Source: Octopus sinensis (taxonomy: Eukaryota). Taken from it: a stretch of 64,000 nucleotides of DNA. Under the pieces are notes generated by a model, which was not told the DNA's origin, did not search any database, and saw only the letters and a program-made list of their open reading frames with translations. Every line of letters begins with the position of its first letter. Within the stretch, counting starts at the first letter, position 1. Location: NCBI RefSeq assembly GCF_006345805.1, contig NC_043004.1, forward strand, positions 97,588,001 through 97,652,000. Reading direction: 5' to 3'. Positions 60,006 through 64,000 of the stretch are shown in pieces. Position numbers and translations under genes: made by a program.

Positions 60006-60960
60006 ATTTGATGCTTTTGTCACATTTTCATTCATCATTCCTTGTACTGCTTATCTAATATTTTCTCCCCAGAATTGTATCTTATGTAATTACATTCCTG
60101 CCTGTATTTTTGTCCCACTGACCTTAATCTGCAGACTTTCAAACTTAACACCACCTGGCTTCCTTTCGCCAGAGGAGTTGGGAAACCAGAAACATAAGAA
60201 GCAATTCTCTTTGTCTCTTAACTAACTAATGAGAGAATAAGGAGTTAATGCTTAGTAGATAAGGAAAAAAGATGGTTTGAACAATTTGTGAAGCATCAAA
60301 CCAAAACCTGTGTTAATTGATAAGCAAGTTGAAGACAAAACAAAAGCAACTATGACATGTGCAGAGCAGAGATATATATTTTGTGTATGATAGTCAGGTA
60401 TCATACACCTAACATTGTTGGTGAGTTTTCTTTATAATAATTCTGTTTTTGTGATGTCTTTATATAATCTGGTTATAATTTGCTTTCAAATCTGATTATA
60501 TACACTCAGTAACAAGATTACATCAGGCTGAAGTCATACAATATGTAAAAGTAGCCTAAAGTTTGTACAGTTATACTTATGCCAATGGTTGGTTCAGCTT
60601 AGTAACACTCTATGACAACAATTACAATACTCTATTCAGTTTGATACAAAGTTGCAATCAGTCTATCTTCTCCATCATTTTGTCTTCTGTCAAAGAGCCA
60701 CCTATCATTATTCTTCCATTAGTTAGTTAAGGGACAAAGGAGACTGCTCCTCACCTTTACTATCTGCCAACTCCTCGGTTAAAAAGGAGACTACATTCAT
60801 GAGTCAGTAACCATGTTTAAGACCTGGTAATTATATTCTGTAAAAGACAGTTAAAAGTTGAAAAGCTTGTGATGAATTTTTATGTGTTTGTAGATGACTG
60901 ATAATTATTGCATCTTTAATTCATTAATTACAGATGCTTTTTATTGAGAACTTACTTTAA

Positions 60961-61147
60961 CCCATTAGCATTTAAACTGGCTGTGTGTTTTATGTCTGAA
61001 CCAGCCATATCTGACCTCTCACACCTTCCCTATAGTGTCATTCTGAAAATAAACAATCACATCATTAAAATTTCAGAGCTATGATTAATTCAAAACAAAG
61101 TGAATACATAAGCATTACATTTAGCAGAATAATCTGATTCTGAAGAG
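60961..61147. mobile_element. Decayed MITE with TTAA flanks
   Basis: TTAA|CCCATTAGCATT..GAAGAG|TTAA, related to 2859-3071. Confidence 0.55.
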
Positions 61148-62110
61148 TTAAAAACTATAACATTTTTATTCTATAACCTGCTTAAATTTATGTTTTCAAA
61201 AGAGTTGAGTGTCTTAATTCACTTCCTCTTTCTCTGATGCTACTATACCAAAAAAGTAGATGTTGTTAAACATAAAACTTATGTATTCAATGGAGTATAC
61301 AGTATGTCTTCAAATGCACATATCCATATTCCAGTAAGGCAGTTTACCTCTTTGTATAGTCTATTTGACTCAGAGCTCAGATTCAGGAACAGATGGCTTC
61401 TTAGATATTGACTTAATCTGGTAAATTTTATAAATAGCATATTTAATTGTATGGGGGATGAACCCACTTAACTAGATCTACAGGTAGTTGTTCAAGAATT
61501 TTCATTGTTTGTTTGTTTTTTTTTTCTAATTTTCCCAAATATCTTGCTTGTATTCACACAACTGCCTTTAAAGCATCTATGTTAAGAGATGATGTTATGG
61601 AACTTCTTAATGTTAGTTACCTTACAACAACTCTGTTGCATGTATTTTCATTGTAATTGATCTCTATTGATATATAAACACTTAACAATAACACGTAAGG
61701 CCAATTTGAAGTGAATGAACATACCTTTATACGCTGAATTCCTGTAGAAATTAAATAAAAATGCTAGTGTCATCTTTCTGTGTGCATCTTGTTTCAATCT
61801 CATCATATCAGACATGAATCAATAGTTCTATAATAGCATGAAGTGATAAGTGATTGAACTATATTTATAGAATCAGGAGTGTTATGGAGCCAATATCCAA
61901 CCCCCAGGAAAAAAATCTTTGTAATACAGTTTCAGTCCCTAGTTGAAGCATTTTCCCCTCATTTACATTACCAATACCTCCAAGAAATGCTTACATGTCT
62001 CAAGATCATATGTTGCAATACTATAAAACAAAGAATTTGTGTCCTGTTTTCAACAGACTATAAATATTTATGAAATGCTACATATGCCTCTTGTCAGAAA
62101 GGGTGGGTGT

Positions 62111-62113
<3 letters not shown>

Positions 62114-62192
<79 letters not shown>

Positions 62193-62285
62193 GATGAGAG
62201 AGAAAAGGAAAGAGAGAAGGACAGAGAGAGAGACAGAGACAGAGTAACAGAGAAAGACAGAGAAAGAGAGAAAGAGAAATAGAGA
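62114..62285. repeat. (GA)n microsatellite
   Basis: Direct reading. Confidence 0.95.
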
Positions 62286-64000
62286 AAAACTTGTCAGTAA
62301 TATGGAGGAAAATGATAATTATTGTTCAATTTGTTTCAAATAATAACAATACCAGCAGATGTCAATGGTTCTGAAAAATCTTTTGGAATAAAAGTCTTTG
62401 AATAACAAGCATCTTGGTGAGGTATTTACAATAAAAACGAAATTAGAAGTCAAAGACTGAATGAATCAGAAGGAAAGCTTTAGTATCTGCAGGATGTGTA
62501 ATATGAAAAGAATATATTACTCTCTCTATATAAATATATCTGATATCAGAAAATGTTGTAAATTTAACTGTCTTTAATATGAAGACAATTAGAAATAACA
62601 GTGTTTAAAATGTCGATGATGTCTATATGTCACGCGAAAAGTTTGAATGTACGTGTGTGAATATGTTTGTGTGTGTATGTGTACATGCATGTGTATTTAT
62701 CATCCTATGATCAATTTTGTGTCAGTGAAACTTGGCACAACAATATTTGGCATTCTTATGTCAGCGGTTATCTAATATAAGATGTATTGCCATAATTCTG
62801 AACACATAACTTATTGATGTTTAAGCTATTGATAGCAGTTAAGTGAAAAATTACACATATCTAATTCAGAACTAATGAACAAATACCTCGCAACATGACT
62901 GAGATAGGAATCAATAAATATTTAAGAATTTTCTGAGATAGAGGCAGCTAGCAAGCTAGCAACGAGAAATGTTATTGATATTATCACAGGAATTATATTA
63001 AAACTCTAAGTGGATGTACTGAAAATGGATATACTAAAAGTAATGTATACCATTTAGAGGAGATTTTTAAGCATGCATAATGGTTTTTTAGTTTTGGTTC
63101 ATTAAACTTAATAAGTTGCATATAGTATTCTGTGTACTTTGGTAGATTTGTATTACTGCATATAATTCTCATAAGCAAATAGAAACTCAACACTAAAATA
63201 TATGAATGAACAGCAAAAACTTTAACCTTGTTCAGTTCTTAGTGTGGGATGGTAAAAAGCATCTACACCAGACCTTCATACACAGGATGCATAAAAGTGT
63301 AACATCTCTTAAATAAGAAGAGATTGGTTGAAAACTACTGAAAGGAACACTTAAATTTGGAGGTTGTTATCTGGGATTGTCAATCTGCCAGTCTAATATC
63401 AATATTGCATAACCACTGCTTTCAGCTGATTGAGAACCTTGCTTCATCATTTGGGACACATCATTATCACTTCCTACTTGAAATTTTGCACCTTCCACTC
63501 ACTTGAAACCATCTTCTGGATATGTTATTTTGCAGCTTACACTCACTCAAAATTATATTCTGGATATGTTAGATGAAATCCACGTTAATCTTCATCAGAG
63601 TCTTTTAAGATTTCCACAGCTAATCAGATGTAAACAATCTACACCTTTGCTTTTTCTCTCCAGAATTATTCAGGTGCAGTTTTAAAAAATGCAGGGAAAA
63701 TACTCAAAATACATGAAATAGTGTCAACTTTGAAGCCAGTGTTTATGGACTGCCTAATTCTGTGGCTGTGACAAATTTTAATACTGAATGACCAATGTAG
63801 TTTTTTAAGTTTGACCAGATTTTGACTTGGGGCTTGCTAATTCCTAATGTGTCCAGAATTCGCCTAAGTGCTCTGACTGTTAATTACTTATAGAAAAAAG
63901 ATACAGATCAAGCAGGATGATATTAATAATATTGGGTAGTGTAGACACGAATCTGAGACAGAAGTGAATAAGAGACCTGCTGACAAGATTTGAATTATGT

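Noticed and set aside
63664-63800. Possible exon after a strong acceptor (TTTGCTTTTTCTCTCCAG)
   Set aside because: The best frame gives 35 unrecognised codons and there is no good donor site.

Overview
AT-rich, repeat-saturated animal DNA. The SINE, LINE and microsatellite content looks like an octopus (coleoid cephalopod) genome; this is inferred from repeat style, not from a marker gene. I find no supportable host protein-coding gene, rRNA, true tRNA or CRISPR array, so the window reads as intergenic or intronic. It contains about 30 tRNA-derived SINE copies or fragments built from interchangeable head and tail modules. It also holds relics of RTE, CR1/L2-group, R4-like and HERO-like LINEs, several Penelope-like (PLE) relics, mariner/Tc1 relics, a non-autonomous Helitron, a Helitron helicase relic, a solo LTR, many MITEs and long microsatellites. 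Most ORFs in the supplied track are microsatellite or SINE artefacts. Four observations stand out. (1) A perfect 462-bp palindrome (45235-45696) carries a minimal type I hammerhead ribozyme fold with a compensatory U3:A8 core on both strands. (2) A SINE forms tandem arrays through one fixed junction seen at independent loci. (3) Two SINE-LINE 3'-tail partnerships are visible inside the window, one with a covarying hairpin. (4) A 1.19-kb non-coding element with about 345-bp direct repeats resembles a retrozyme or non-autonomous PLE. Family names come from motif recognition by eye, and relic boundaries are approximate.
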